In this document: positions 1-9,368 of the stretch, piece after piece
Position numbering within the stretch: the first letter of the stretch is position 1
Layout: each line of letters starts with the position of its first letter
Assembly: GCF_029227855.1 (NCBI RefSeq)
Contig: NZ_CP074356.1
DNA from: Escherichia coli
GTDB taxonomy: Bacteria; Pseudomonadota; Gammaproteobacteria; Enterobacterales; Enterobacteriaceae
Length of the DNA: 64,000 nucleotides
Direction: 5' to 3' (one strand)
Translations under genes and position numbers: made by a program
The notes under the pieces: model-generated
Told to the model about the DNA's origin: nothing
What the model saw: only the letters and a program-made list of their open reading frames with translations
The model's database searches: none

Positions 1-1
1 T

Positions 2-739
2 CGTGTGGGTATGGGGGGCTTCAGTGCTCTGCGTCAGGTGCGTGAAGGGGCGGAATATAAATACGTCACCACCGGAGATAAACAGGCCACTATTGCACTG
101 GCGACCTATGGCGAGCTGTTCAGTATCACCCGTCAGGCCATTATCAATGATGATCTGAATATGCTGACCGATGTCCCGATGAAACTGGGCCGTGCGGCGA
201 AATCCACTATTGCCGATCTGGTTTATGCCATTCTGACGTCTAACCCGAAAATCTCCACAGATAATGTAAGTCTGTTCGATAAAGCGAAACATGCAAACGT
301 ACTGGAGAGCGCTGCAATGGACGTGGCATCGCTGGATAAAGCCCGCCAGTTGATGCGCGTTCAGAAAGAGGGGGAGCGTCATCTGAATATTCGTCCTGCG
401 TTCGTACTGGTACCGACGGCGATGGAGTCTGTTGCTAACCAGGTCATTCGCTCCTCAAGTGTCAAGGGGGCTGACATTAACGCCGGTATTATTAACCCGG
501 TGAAAGATTTTGCGACCGTTATTGCAGAGCCTCGTCTTGATGATAACAGCCAGACCACCTTCTACCTGGCTGCGTCAAAAGGCTCCGATACGATTGAAGT
601 GGCTTATCTCAACGGTGTGGATACGCCATATATTGATCAGATGGAGGGCTTCAGTGTGGATGGCGTGACAACGAAAGTGCGTATTGACGCCGGTGTCGCG
701 CCAGTTGATCACCGCGGTCTGGTGAAATGTACGGCGTAA
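2..739 (+). CDS. Phage major capsid protein, 3' portion (5' end lies upstream of the window)
   Basis: Frame is open from the first base; sits immediately upstream of head-tail joining and tail genes; C-terminal sequence resembles HK97-fold capsid proteins. The ATG at 5 is probably internal. Confidence 0.65.
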   Translation, partial: RVGMGGFSALRQVREGAEYKYVTTGDKQATIALATYGELFSITRQAIINDDLNMLTDVPMKLGRAAKSTIADLVYAILTSNPKISTDNVSLFDKAKHANVLESAAMDVASLDKARQLMRVQKEGERHLNIRPAFVLVPTAMESVANQVIRSSSVKGADINAGIINPVKDFATVIAEPRLDDNSQTTFYLAASKGSDTIEVAYLNGVDTPYIDQMEGFSVDGVTTKVRIDAGVAPVDHRGLVKCTA

Positions 740-763
740 ACGTCGCAGACAACAACTCTGATG

Positions 764-782
764 GCCCGTAAGGGCTTTTTTT
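764..782 (+). terminator. Short stem-loop (GCCC-GTAA-GGGC) plus T-run just after the capsid gene; a second 7-bp stem-loop lies at 793-814
   Basis: Hairpin followed by 7 T residues directly after the capsid stop codon; weak intrinsic terminator or attenuator. Confidence 0.4.
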
Positions 783-825
783 GTACCTGAAATCAGCCCC
801 TGAACGGGGCTGTGCGGAGACAGTT

Positions 826-1149
826 ATGGCAAAGAATTTTGTAGAAGAAGGAAAAACGGTGGCGATTGTTGCCAGTGCAGCCATCAGCAGCGGAGAGCTG
901 GTGCAGGTGGGTGATGTTTTTGCGGTGGCGCTGACCGATATTCCACAGGGTGAAACAGGCGACGGCATGACCGAAGGTGTGTTTATGCTGCCTAAGCTGA
1001 AAACGGATGACATGAAAACGGGTAAGAAGGTTTATCTGAAGTCCGGAAAAGTTCAGCTGACTAACAGCGGCTCTGATCCGCTGGTCGGGGTTGTCTGGGC
1101 AGATGCCGGAACCAGTGCAGAAGAAGTGCCGGTAAAACTCAATGTCTGA
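826..1149 (+). CDS. Small phage head-associated protein
   Basis: 107-aa ORF with a GGAGA Shine-Dalgarno, between the capsid and head-tail genes; the upstream ATG at 781 falls inside a hairpin. Confidence 0.5.
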   Translation: MAKNFVEEGKTVAIVASAAISSGELVQVGDVFAVALTDIPQGETGDGMTEGVFMLPKLKTDDMKTGKKVYLKSGKVQLTNSGSDPLVGVVWADAGTSAEEVPVKLNV

Positions 1150-1417
1150 TCCCTTTTCCCGGCTGGCAGCGCGTATGGATGCGATCACGGTCAGAAAGAT
1201 GGGAAAGACAGCCTCGATTAATGATGTCGATATGACTGTGATCCCGGGAGAAACACTGGCAGAGCTGAATGCTCTGTCCGGACCTGCGGTCTCTCTGGTG
1301 GTGTTTTCTTCGGGATACCGCCCACGGCGCGGGGATCGCGTTGTTTATGACGGACAACAATGGACGGTCACACGGCATGAACGCTTTAACGGTAAGCCAA
1401 TGATCTTTATTGAGTAA
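1142..1417 (+). CDS. Phage head-tail joining/adaptor protein
   Basis: 91-aa ORF whose ATG overlaps the previous stop; position matches lambda FII-type genes. Confidence 0.5.
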   Translation: MSDPFSRLAARMDAITVRKMGKTASINDVDMTVIPGETLAELNALSGPAVSLVVFSSGYRPRRGDRVVYDGQQWTVTRHERFNGKPMIFIE

Positions 1418-1428
1418 AGAGGTGTGGG

Positions 1429-2019
1429 ATGAAGGGGCTTGAGAATGCCATCCGCAATCTGAACAGCCTTGATACCCGTATGGTGCCACAGGCCAGCGCA
1501 TGGGCGATAAACCGTGTGGCACAGAAAGCGGTCTCGGTTGCCACCCGGCAGGTTGCCGGGAATACCGTTGCGGGAGATAACCAGGTGAAAGGGATCCCCC
1601 TGAAACTGGTACGTCAGCGTGTCCGGGTGTTTAAAGCCAGTCCGTCAGGAAAAATGACGGCCAGGATCCGCGTTAACCGGGGCAATCTGCCCGCCATCAA
1701 ACTGAACACAACACGGCGGCGTGCTGGTGAAGGACTGAGAGTGGGAAAATACTTTTTCCGGGGGGCATTTGTTCAGCAACTGGCGAATGGCCGCTGGCAT
1801 GTTCTGAGGCGTCTTCCTGAAGCGCGTTTTGCAACAGGGCATGACCATCAGGGCAGGCCAAGAAAAAATCGTCTTCCTGTGGAGGTAGTGAAAATCCCGC
1901 TGTCCGGACCGCTGACACAGGCATTTGAAGATGCCCGCGACCACATCATTGCTGCGGAAATGCCGAAACAGCTGGGGTATGCACTGAAACAACAACTGAG
2001 GTTATGGCTGACCCGATGA
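1429..2019 (+). CDS. Tail completion protein (lambda gpZ-like)
   Basis: 196 aa, close to lambda Z in size and position; stop overlaps the next start in an ATGA motif. Confidence 0.7.
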   Translation: MKGLENAIRNLNSLDTRMVPQASAWAINRVAQKAVSVATRQVAGNTVAGDNQVKGIPLKLVRQRVRVFKASPSGKMTARIRVNRGNLPAIKLNTTRRRAGEGLRVGKYFFRGAFVQQLANGRWHVLRRLPEARFATGHDHQGRPRKNRLPVEVVKIPLSGPLTQAFEDARDHIIAAEMPKQLGYALKQQLRLWLTR

Positions 2020-2417
2020 ACCGACATACACAAATCCGCCAGGTCGTACTGGCACGCCTTCGGGAACAGTGTGGAGACAGCGCCACGTTTTTTGACGGGC
2101 TTCCGGCATTTATTGATGCGCAGGAACTGCCTGCCGTGGCGGTGTGGCTGAGTGATGCTCAGTACACCGGAAAAATGACGGATGAAGATGACTGGCAGGC
2201 TGTTCTGCATATTGCCGTCTTCATCCGGGCACAGGCACCGGATTCAGAGCTGGATATGTGGATGGAGAGCACCATTTTCCCGGCCCTGAATGATGTACCG
2301 GCACTTTCCGGACTCATCGACACCCTGAACCCACTCGGTTTTAACTATCAACGTGATAATGAGATGGCCACCTGGGCGATGGCGGAAATCACGTACCAGA
2401 TCACGTACACGAATTAA
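2016..2417 (+). CDS. Tail terminator protein (lambda gpU-like)
   Basis: Shares recalled lambda U motifs (ATFFDG, PAVAVWL, PDSELDMWMES, PAL) and ends ITYQITY. Confidence 0.85.
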   Translation: MNRHTQIRQVVLARLREQCGDSATFFDGLPAFIDAQELPAVAVWLSDAQYTGKMTDEDDWQAVLHIAVFIRAQAPDSELDMWMESTIFPALNDVPALSGLIDTLNPLGFNYQRDNEMATWAMAEITYQITYTN

Positions 2418-2427
2418 GGAGGTGGTA

Positions 2428-3171
2428 ATGACCACACCAAATCCACTGGCAAAGACGAAAGGTGCGGGGACGACGTTCTGGATGTATACCGGCAACGGCG
2501 ATGCGTTTGCGAACCCTTTGTCGGACACTGACTGGCTGCGTCTTGCGATGGTGAAGGATCTGCAACCTGGCGAAATGACCGCTGATGCAGAAGATGACAC
2601 TTATCTCGATGATGAAGATGCAGACTGGAAAACGACAACCCAGGGGCAGAAATCCGTTGGTGATACTTCGGCGACGCTGGCCTGGCGTCCGGGTGACAGC
2701 GGGCAGAAAAAACTGGTTCAGTTGTTCGACTCCGGTGAAGTCTGCGCGTTTCGTATCAAATATCCCAACGGCACTGTTGATGTTTTCCGTGGCTGGCTGA
2801 GCTCACTGGGTAAAACCATTGCCTCAAAAGACGTGATGACCCGCACTGTGAAAATCAGCGGTGTGGGGCGTCCGTATCTGGCAGAGGAAGGCACTGAAAC
2901 CGTGAGCGTTACCGGGCTGACAGTATCACCGGCGTCTGCCAGTGTAAAAGTGGGAGCAACCACCACGCTGACCTTTACAGTAAAACCTGACGGAGCCAGT
3001 GACAAAGCGATCAGTGTGCATTCGTCAGATCCACAGACTGCCACGGTTACCCTGAACGGACTTGTGGCCACGGTAAAAGGCGTGAAGCAGGGCAGTGTCA
3101 GCATTGTGGGCATGACCGCTGACGGGAATTTTGTGGCTGTGGCTGCGGTGACTGTCAGCGCCGCAGGTTAA
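2428..3171 (+). CDS. Major tail protein (lambda gpV-like) with C-terminal Ig-like (Big_2) domain
   Basis: ATG at 2428 follows an AAGGAGGTGG Shine-Dalgarno; 247 aa; C-terminus is a Thr/Val-rich beta domain typical of V. Confidence 0.9.
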   Translation: MTTPNPLAKTKGAGTTFWMYTGNGDAFANPLSDTDWLRLAMVKDLQPGEMTADAEDDTYLDDEDADWKTTTQGQKSVGDTSATLAWRPGDSGQKKLVQLFDSGEVCAFRIKYPNGTVDVFRGWLSSLGKTIASKDVMTRTVKISGVGRPYLAEEGTETVSVTGLTVSPASASVKVGATTTLTFTVKPDGASDKAISVHSSDPQTATVTLNGLVATVKGVKQGSVSIVGMTADGNFVAVAAVTVSAAG

Positions 3172-3191
3172 CAGGACGATACTCATCATTT

Positions 3192-3219
3192 GCCCCGGTT
3201 ATCCGGGGCTTTTTTGCAG
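3192..3219 (+). terminator. Intrinsic terminator-like hairpin between V and G
   Basis: GCCCCGG-TTAT-CCGGGGC stem followed by TTTTTT. Confidence 0.55.
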
Positions 3220-3228
3220 GTGGAGAAC

Positions 3229-3618
3229 ATGATGTTTCTGAAACAGGGCACGTTTAATTATGAAAAACAGTCCGTGGTGCTCAGTGAGCTGTCCGGGCTG
3301 CAGAGAATTGAATATCTGGCGTTTGTTCAGCAGCGAACGGCAAAGTTTGATGCCGGTGAGGGAGAACTGCCGGAGGCTGAACGACAGATTGCTTTTCTGC
3401 GGATGGGGATGGATATCAATGCCTGGCTGGTTTCCCGCTCACTGTGGAATGCGGATCAGTCTAAGGATGTAGAGACGCTTTGCGCATCCGTTATTACAAC
3501 ATGGTCGTATGATGCCCTGGGTGCGGGGGCGGAGATGGTTCTGTCGCTGAGCGGTATGGGGGCCATTGATAATGCCGGGGATGATGAGCATGAGGCGCTG
3601 ACGCCGGAAAAGTCCTGA
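3229..3618 (+). CDS. Tail assembly chaperone (lambda gpG-like)
   Basis: 129-aa ORF; GGTGGAG Shine-Dalgarno before ATG 3229; sits before the tape measure gene. Confidence 0.85.
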   Translation: MMFLKQGTFNYEKQSVVLSELSGLQRIEYLAFVQQRTAKFDAGEGELPEAERQIAFLRMGMDINAWLVSRSLWNADQSKDVETLCASVITTWSYDALGAGAEMVLSLSGMGAIDNAGDDEHEALTPEKS

Positions 3619-3956
3619 CGCGGGAAATGCAGTTTGTCATGCGGCTTGCCCGGGAGTTCCGACGGGCAGACTGGCGGCGGATGCTGTCGGAAATGTCGGC
3701 CACTGAGCTTGGTGAGTGGGGCGATTATTTCCGGATGCAGAGCTTCAGTGATGTGTGGATGGATGCGCAGTTTGCCTCGCTGAAGGCATTGATCGTGAGA
3801 ATGGTGTCCGGCAGCAGTGATGCTGCGGTGGCTGATTTCAGCCTTTTACCGGAAGAGAACGGGATACCGGAGCGAACGGACGAAGAACTGATGCATCTTG
3901 GGGAAGGTATTTCCGGAGGTGTGCGTTATGGACCAGATAGCCAACCTGGTCATTGA
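3594..3956 (+). CDS. T-frame extension of the G-T fusion chaperone (reached by -1 frameshift from G)
   Basis: The -1 frame is open from 3594 and overlaps the last 8 codons of G; candidate slip site GGAAAAG at 3606-3612. Confidence 0.65.
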   Translation, partial: GADAGKVLTREMQFVMRLAREFRRADWRRMLSEMSATELGEWGDYFRMQSFSDVWMDAQFASLKALIVRMVSGSSDAAVADFSLLPEENGIPERTDEELMHLGEGISGGVRYGPDSQPGH

Positions 3957-6900
3957 TTTGGGGATTGATGCGGCAGAGTTTAAAAATGAAATCCCCCGTA
4001 TCAAAAACCTTCTGAATGGTGCAGCCAGCGATGCAGAACGGTCTTCTGCCCGTATGCAGCGTTTTATGGAGCGTCAGACTCAGGCCGCCCGGCAGACAAC
4101 GCAGGCGGCGTCTTCGGCTGCAACAGCCGCATCCGTCCATGCGCAGACAGTGGAGAAGAACGCACAGGCTCATGAACGCATGGCCCGCGAGGTGGAGAAA
4201 ACCCGCCAGCGCATGGAGGCGCTGAGCCAGAAAATGCGCGAGGAACAGGCGCAGGCCATGGCTCTGGCGGAGGCTCAGGATAAAGCGGCTGCTGCGTTTT
4301 ATCGTCAGATTGACAGTGTGAAACAGGCCAGTGCGGGGCTGCAGGAATTACAGCGTATTCAGCAGCAGATCCGACAGGCCAGAAACAGTGGCGGGATTGG
4401 TCAGCAGGATTATCTGGCGCTGATTTCTGAGGTTACGGCGAAAACCCGTGTTCTTACACAGGCTGAGGAAGAGGCTACCCGACAGAAAGTGGCGTTTATC
4501 CGTCAGCTTAAAGAGCAGGCAACCCGCCAGAATCTTTCTTCTTCTGAGTTGCTTCGTGCTAAGGCTGCCCAGCTGGGGGTAAGCAGTGCTGCAGAAGTGT
4601 ATATCCGCAAAATGGAGCAGGCAGGAAAAGCCACGCATTCGCTGGGTCTGAAAAGTGCAGCGGCCCGTCAGGAGATAGGCGTTCTGATAGGTGAACTGGC
4701 CCGCGGAAATTTAGGTGCGCTGAGGGGATCCGGAATAACGCTGGCTAACCGTGCCGGGTGGATAGACACATTGATGTCACCGAAAGGCATGATGCTTGGC
4801 GGGGTTATTGGCGGTATTGCCGCGGCTGTCTATGGTCTGGGTAAAGCCTGGTATGACGGTCAGAAGGAGGGGGAAGAATTTAACCGCCAGCTGTCGCTGA
4901 CGGGGCATTATGCCGGAGTCACTGCCGGGCAGCTGTGGACGCTCAGTCGTGCTATTTCCGGGAATGGTATCACGCAACATGCTGCAGCCGGTGCGCTGGC
5001 TCAGGTGGTGGGTAGTGGTGCATTTCGTGGAAACGATATCGGTATGGTGGCGAGAGCTGCCGCACAGATGGAGCGATCGGTTGGCCAGTCGATCAGCGAT
5101 ACCATAAATCAGTTTAAGCGGCTGAAGGATGATCCTGTAAATGCCGCGAAGGCTCTGGACAATGAGCTGCATTTTCTTACTGCCACTCAGCTTGAGCAGA
5201 TACGTGTCCTTGGGGATCAGGGACGGTCCAGTGATGCTGCACGGATAGCCATGTCTGCACTGGCAGAGGAAACCGGTCGGCGTACTGCGGATATTGATAA
5301 TAACCTCAATGCGCTTGGTAGTACGCTGAAGTATCTGTCTGATTTGTGGAGTCGTTTCTGGGATGCGGCCATGAATATTGGTCGTGAAGACTCGCTGGAT
5401 GAACAAATTGCCGCTTTACAGGAGAAAGTGTCGCGGGCGAAAAGACTCCCCTGGACGGCATCATCTTCTCAGGTTGAATACGATCAGCAGCGTCTTAACG
5501 ATCTTCAGGAGAAAAAACGCCAGAAGGATTTGCAGGATGCAAAAGAGCAGGCAGAGCGGAATTATCAGGAGCAACAGAAACGCCGTAATGCTGAAAATGC
5601 TGCACTGAACCGGATGAATGAAACTGAAGCAGCACGGCATCAGCGTGAAATTGCGCGTATTAATGCCATGCAGTACGCCGATCAGGCTGTCAGGGATGCG
5701 GCGATACAACGTGAAAATGAACGTTACGAGAAAGCCCTGGCATCCGGTAAGAAAAAAACACGCGAAACCCGTAATGATGAGGCCACCCGGTTATTGCTGC
5801 AGTACAGTCAGCAACAGGCACAGGTGGAAGGGCAGATTGCTGCTGCAAGACAGTCAGCAGGCATTGCCACTGACAGGATGACAGAAGCGCATAAACAGCT
5901 TCTGGCTCTGCAGCAGCGCATCAGCGACCTGGACGGGAAAAAACTGACGGCAGATGAAAAGAGTGTGCTTGCCCGTAAAGATGAACTGATTCAGGCATTG
6001 ACGCTGCTGGATGTAAAACAGCAGGAGCTTCAGAAACAGACGGCACTCAACGAGCTGAAGAAAAAAACAATTCAGCTGACCAGTCAACTGGCTGAAGAAG
6101 AGCGCGCTCAGCGTCAGCAACATGACCTGGATATCGCCACGGTGGGTATGGGTGATCAGCAGCGGCAGCGATATCAGGTACAACTGAGTCTTCGCCAGAA
6201 ATACCAGCAACAGCTGGAGCAGTTGAGGCGGGATAGTGAGCGGAAAGGGACATATAACACGGATGACTACAGAAAGGCCGAGCAGGCGCTGACGGAGAGC
6301 CTGAACCGACAACTGAGTGAGAATCGCCGTTACTGGCAACAGCTTGAAATTGCTCAGGGTGACTGGAAAAACGGAGTCCTGCGTGCACTCCAGAATGTCA
6401 CTGAGAATGCGGATAACACAGCCGGGACAGTGGAACAGTTGTTCACGTCTGCGTTCAGTAGCATGAGTGACTGGCTGGCGACATTCTGTACTACAGGCAA
6501 ACTCAATTTCAAATCCTTCACCTCTTCTGTGCTGTCAGATATGTCCAGAATCATGGCTCAGATAGCTTTAATGAAAGCGGTAAAAGGCATTGCTTCCGCG
6601 CTGCCTTTTGATTTTGTAGCTAATGCTGATGGCGGTGTTTATCAGTCGGCTGATTTGAGTCGCTACAGTGGCACGGTGGTTAACCGTCCGACGTTTTTTG
6701 CTTTTGCAAAAGGCGCGGGTGTGATGGGGGAAGCTGGGCCTGAAGCCATTCTGCCACTGCGTCGTGGTGCTGACGGTAAGCTGGGGGTTGTGGCGGATAT
6801 TGGTGGTTCAGGTATGGCGATGTTTGCCCCGCAGTACAACATCGAGATCAATAACGATGGCACGAACGGGCAGATAGGTCCGGCTGCCCTGAAGGTGGTT

Positions 6901-6984
6901 TATGACCTTGGGAAAAAAGCGGCAGCGGACTTTATGCAACAGCAGGCCCGTGATGGTGGTCGGTTAAGTGGAGCATATCGGTAA
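3928..6984 (+). CDS. Tail tape measure protein (lambda gpH-like)
   Basis: 1018 aa, coiled-coil rich; N-terminus (MDQIANLVIDLGIDAA) and C-terminus (NNDGTNGQIGPAALKVVYD) match recalled lambda H; GGAGGTG Shine-Dalgarno before 3928. Confidence 0.9.
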   Translation: MDQIANLVIDLGIDAAEFKNEIPRIKNLLNGAASDAERSSARMQRFMERQTQAARQTTQAASSAATAASVHAQTVEKNAQAHERMAREVEKTRQRMEALSQKMREEQAQAMALAEAQDKAAAAFYRQIDSVKQASAGLQELQRIQQQIRQARNSGGIGQQDYLALISEVTAKTRVLTQAEEEATRQKVAFIRQLKEQATRQNLSSSELLRAKAAQLGVSSAAEVYIRKMEQAGKATHSLGLKSAAARQEIGVLIGELARGNLGALRGSGITLANRAGWIDTLMSPKGMMLGGVIGGIAAAVYGLGKAWYDGQKEGEEFNRQLSLTGHYAGVTAGQLWTLSRAISGNGITQHAAAGALAQVVGSGAFRGNDIGMVARAAAQMERSVGQSISDTINQFKRLKDDPVNAAKALDNELHFLTATQLEQIRVLGDQGRSSDAARIAMSALAEETGRRTADIDNNLNALGSTLKYLSDLWSRFWDAAMNIGREDSLDEQIAALQEKVSRAKRLPWTASSSQVEYDQQRLNDLQEKKRQKDLQDAKEQAERNYQEQQKRRNAENAALNRMNETEAARHQREIARINAMQYADQAVRDAAIQRENERYEKALASGKKKTRETRNDEATRLLLQYSQQQAQVEGQIAAARQSAGIATDRMTEAHKQLLALQQRISDLDGKKLTADEKSVLARKDELIQALTLLDVKQQELQKQTALNELKKKTIQLTSQLAEEERAQRQQHDLDIATVGMGDQQRQRYQVQLSLRQKYQQQLEQLRRDSERKGTYNTDDYRKAEQALTESLNRQLSENRRYWQQLEIAQGDWKNGVLRALQNVTENADNTAGTVEQLFTSAFSSMSDWLATFCTTGKLNFKSFTSSVLSDMSRIMAQIALMKAVKGIASALPFDFVANADGGVYQSADLSRYSGTVVNRPTFFAFAKGAGVMGEAGPEAILPLRRGADGKLGVVADIGGSGMAMFAPQYNIEINNDGTNGQIGPAALKVVYDLGKKAAADFMQQQARDGGRLSGAYR

Positions 6985-7313
6985 TGGAGACGTTTCACTG
7001 GAAAGTGCGCCCGGATATGAATGTGGTATCAGAGCCGAAAGTGGTGACAGTGAAGCTGGGCGATGGTTATGAACAGCGTCGTGCGGCGGGACTGAATAAC
7101 CAGTTGTCGACTTACAGCGTGACGATACGTGTTCGTAAATGTGAACACCCATCTTTAAAAGCCTTTCTGGAACGGCACGGTGGCGTCCGCGCATTTCAGT
7201 GGACGCCACCTTATGACTGGAAGCCGATCAGGGTGGTTTGTCGTAAATGGTCGGCAAGCGTGGGGGCGCTGTGGGTAACCATAACGGCAGATTTTGAACA
7301 GGTCGTGGCATAG
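6984..7313 (+). CDS. Minor tail protein (lambda gpM-like)
   Basis: 109 aa, same length as lambda M; start overlaps the H stop. Confidence 0.9.
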   Translation: METFHWKVRPDMNVVSEPKVVTVKLGDGYEQRRAAGLNNQLSTYSVTIRVRKCEHPSLKAFLERHGGVRAFQWTPPYDWKPIRVVCRKWSASVGALWVTITADFEQVVA

Positions 7314-7322
7314 GAGGCCCTG

Positions 7323-8021
7323 ATGCAGGATATTCCACAGGAAACACATCATGAGACGACACGCCTTACTCAGTCAGCCCAGGTGGTGCTCTGGGAAATC
7401 GATCTGACAGAGGTCGGTGGTGAACGTTATTTTTTCTGTAATGAGCAGAACGAAAAAGGTGAGCCGGTCACCTGGCAGGGGCGGCAGTATCAGGTATACC
7501 CTATTCAGGGGACGGGATTTGAACTGAACGGTAAGGGTAGTGCTGCCCGTCCGACACTGACGGTCTCTAACCTGCACGGCATGGTCACCGGGATGGTGGA
7601 AGACCTGCAGAGTCTGGTCGGCGGAACGGTGGTCAGGCGTAAGGTTTACGCCCGTTTTCTGGATGCGGTGAACTTCGTCAACGGAAACAGCGACGCCGAT
7701 CCGGAGCAGGAGGTGATCAGCCGCTGGCGCATCGAGCAGTGCAGCGAACTGAGTGCGGTCAGTGCCTCCTTTGTGCTCTCCACACCGACGGAAACGGATG
7801 GTGCTGTTTTTCCGGGGCGCATCATGCTGGCCAACACCTGCACCTGGACCTATCGCGGTGATGAGTGCGGTTATCATGGTCCGGCTGTCGCGGATGAATA
7901 TGACCAGCCGACGTCCGATATCACGAAGGATAAATGCAGCAAATGCCTGAGCGGCTGTAAGTTTCGCAATAACGTCGGCAACTTTGGCGGCTTCCTTTCC
8001 ATTAACAAACTTTCGCAGTAA
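7323..8021 (+). CDS. Minor tail protein (lambda gpL-like)
   Basis: 232 aa, same length as lambda L; Cys-rich C-terminus. Confidence 0.9.
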   Translation: MQDIPQETHHETTRLTQSAQVVLWEIDLTEVGGERYFFCNEQNEKGEPVTWQGRQYQVYPIQGTGFELNGKGSAARPTLTVSNLHGMVTGMVEDLQSLVGGTVVRRKVYARFLDAVNFVNGNSDADPEQEVISRWRIEQCSELSAVSASFVLSTPTETDGAVFPGRIMLANTCTWTYRGDECGYHGPAVADEYDQPTSDITKDKCSKCLSGCKFRNNVGNFGGFLSINKLSQ

Positions 8022-8025
8022 TCCC

Positions 8026-8769
8026 ATGACACAGACAGAATCAGCGATTCTGGCGCACGCCCGGCGATGTGCGCCAGCGGAGTCGTGCGGCTTCGTGGTG
8101 AGAACGCCGGAGGGGGAAAGATATTTTCCCTGCGTGAATATCTCCGGTGAGCCGGAGGATTATTTCCGGATGTCGCCGGAGGACTGGCTGCAGGCAGAGA
8201 TGCAGGGTGAGATTGTGGCGCTGGTCCACAGTCATCCCGGTGGTCTGCCCTGGCTGAGTGAGGCTGACCGGTGGCTGCAGGTGCAGAGTGATTTGCCGTG
8301 GTGGCTGGTCTGCCGGGGGGCGATTCACAAGTTCCGCTGTGTGCCGCATCTCACCGGGCGGCGCTTTGAGCACGGGGTGACGGACTGTTACACGCTGTTC
8401 CGGGACGCTTACCATCTGGCGGGGATTGAGATGCCGGATTTTACGCGGGAGGATGACTGGTGGCGTCACGGTCAGAATCTCTATCTGGATAATCTGGAGG
8501 CCACAGGGCTGTATCAGGTGCCGTTGTCAGCGGCGCAGCCGGGCGATGTGCTGCTGTGCTGTTTTGGTTCATCGGTGCCGAATCACGCCGCAATTTACTG
8601 CGGCGACGGCGAGCTGCTGCACCATATTCCTGAACAACTGAGCAAACGAGAGAGGTATACCGACAAATGGCAGCGACGCACACACTCCCTCTGGCGTCAC
8701 CGGGCATGGCGCGCATCTGCCTTTACGGGGATTTACAACGATTTGGTCGCCGCATCGACCTTCGTGTGA
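8026..8769 (+). CDS. Tail tip assembly protein (lambda gpK-like; MPN/JAB and NlpC/P60-type domains)
   Basis: HSHPGG motif typical of JAB/MPN; placed between L and I; 247 aa, longer than lambda K, overlapping I by about 100 nt. Confidence 0.8.
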   Translation: MTQTESAILAHARRCAPAESCGFVVRTPEGERYFPCVNISGEPEDYFRMSPEDWLQAEMQGEIVALVHSHPGGLPWLSEADRWLQVQSDLPWWLVCRGAIHKFRCVPHLTGRRFEHGVTDCYTLFRDAYHLAGIEMPDFTREDDWWRHGQNLYLDNLEATGLYQVPLSAAQPGDVLLCCFGSSVPNHAAIYCGDGELLHHIPEQLSKRERYTDKWQRRTHSLWRHRAWRASAFTGIYNDLVAASTFV

Positions 8770-9308
8770 AAACGGGGGCTGAAGCCATCCGGGCGCTGGC
8801 CACACAGCTCCCGGCGTTTCGTCAGAAACTGAGCGACGGCTGGTATCAGGTACGGATTGCCGGGCGTGATACAGGTGAAACGGAATTATCAGCCCGTCTT
8901 AATGAACCGCTGGCAAATGGTGCTGTGATCCATATCGTGCCGCGTCTGGCAGGAGCCAAAAGTGGCGGTGTGTTTCAGGCTGTGCTGGGGGCGGCTGTTA
9001 TGGCGGTTGCTATATGGATGCCGGGGGTAGGAATTATGGCGAGTAATCTGCTGTTTTCTCTCGGTGCCAGTATGACGCTTGGCGGTGTTGCACAGATGCT
9101 GGCCCCTAAACCCAAAACCCCCCGCACACAGACAACGGATAACGGCAAACAGAACACCTATTTTTCTTCACTGGATAATATGGTTGCCCAGGGCAATGTT
9201 CTGCCCGTTCTGTACGGTGAAATGCGCGTGGGATCACGTGTGGTATCTCAGGAGATCAGCACAGCAGATGAAGGTGATGGTGGTCAGGTTGTGGTGATTG
9301 GTCGCTGA
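8667..9308 (+). CDS. Tail assembly protein (lambda gpI-like)
   Basis: 213 aa; N-terminal ubiquitin-like region, hydrophobic Gly/Ala-rich middle, C-terminus ISTADEGDGGQVVVIGR. Confidence 0.85.
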   Translation: MAATHTLPLASPGMARICLYGDLQRFGRRIDLRVKTGAEAIRALATQLPAFRQKLSDGWYQVRIAGRDTGETELSARLNEPLANGAVIHIVPRLAGAKSGGVFQAVLGAAVMAVAIWMPGVGIMASNLLFSLGASMTLGGVAQMLAPKPKTPRTQTTDNGKQNTYFSSLDNMVAQGNVLPVLYGEMRVGSRVVSQEISTADEGDGGQVVVIGR

Positions 9309-9368
9309 TGAAAAACGTTTTATGTGAAACCGCCTCCGGGCGGTTTTATCGTTTATGGAGCATGACGA

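Noticed and set aside
5-739. ATG at position 5 as the true capsid start
   Set aside because: The frame is open from the first base and 244 aa is too short for an HK97-type capsid protein; the gene almost certainly starts upstream of the window.
4777-6388. Several 100-200 aa minus-strand ORFs inside the tape measure gene
   Set aside because: Antisense to a well-supported gene; low-complexity, no ribosome binding sites.
7374-8027. 217-aa minus-strand ORF antisense to gene L
   Set aside because: Overlaps L throughout; no recognisable domain.
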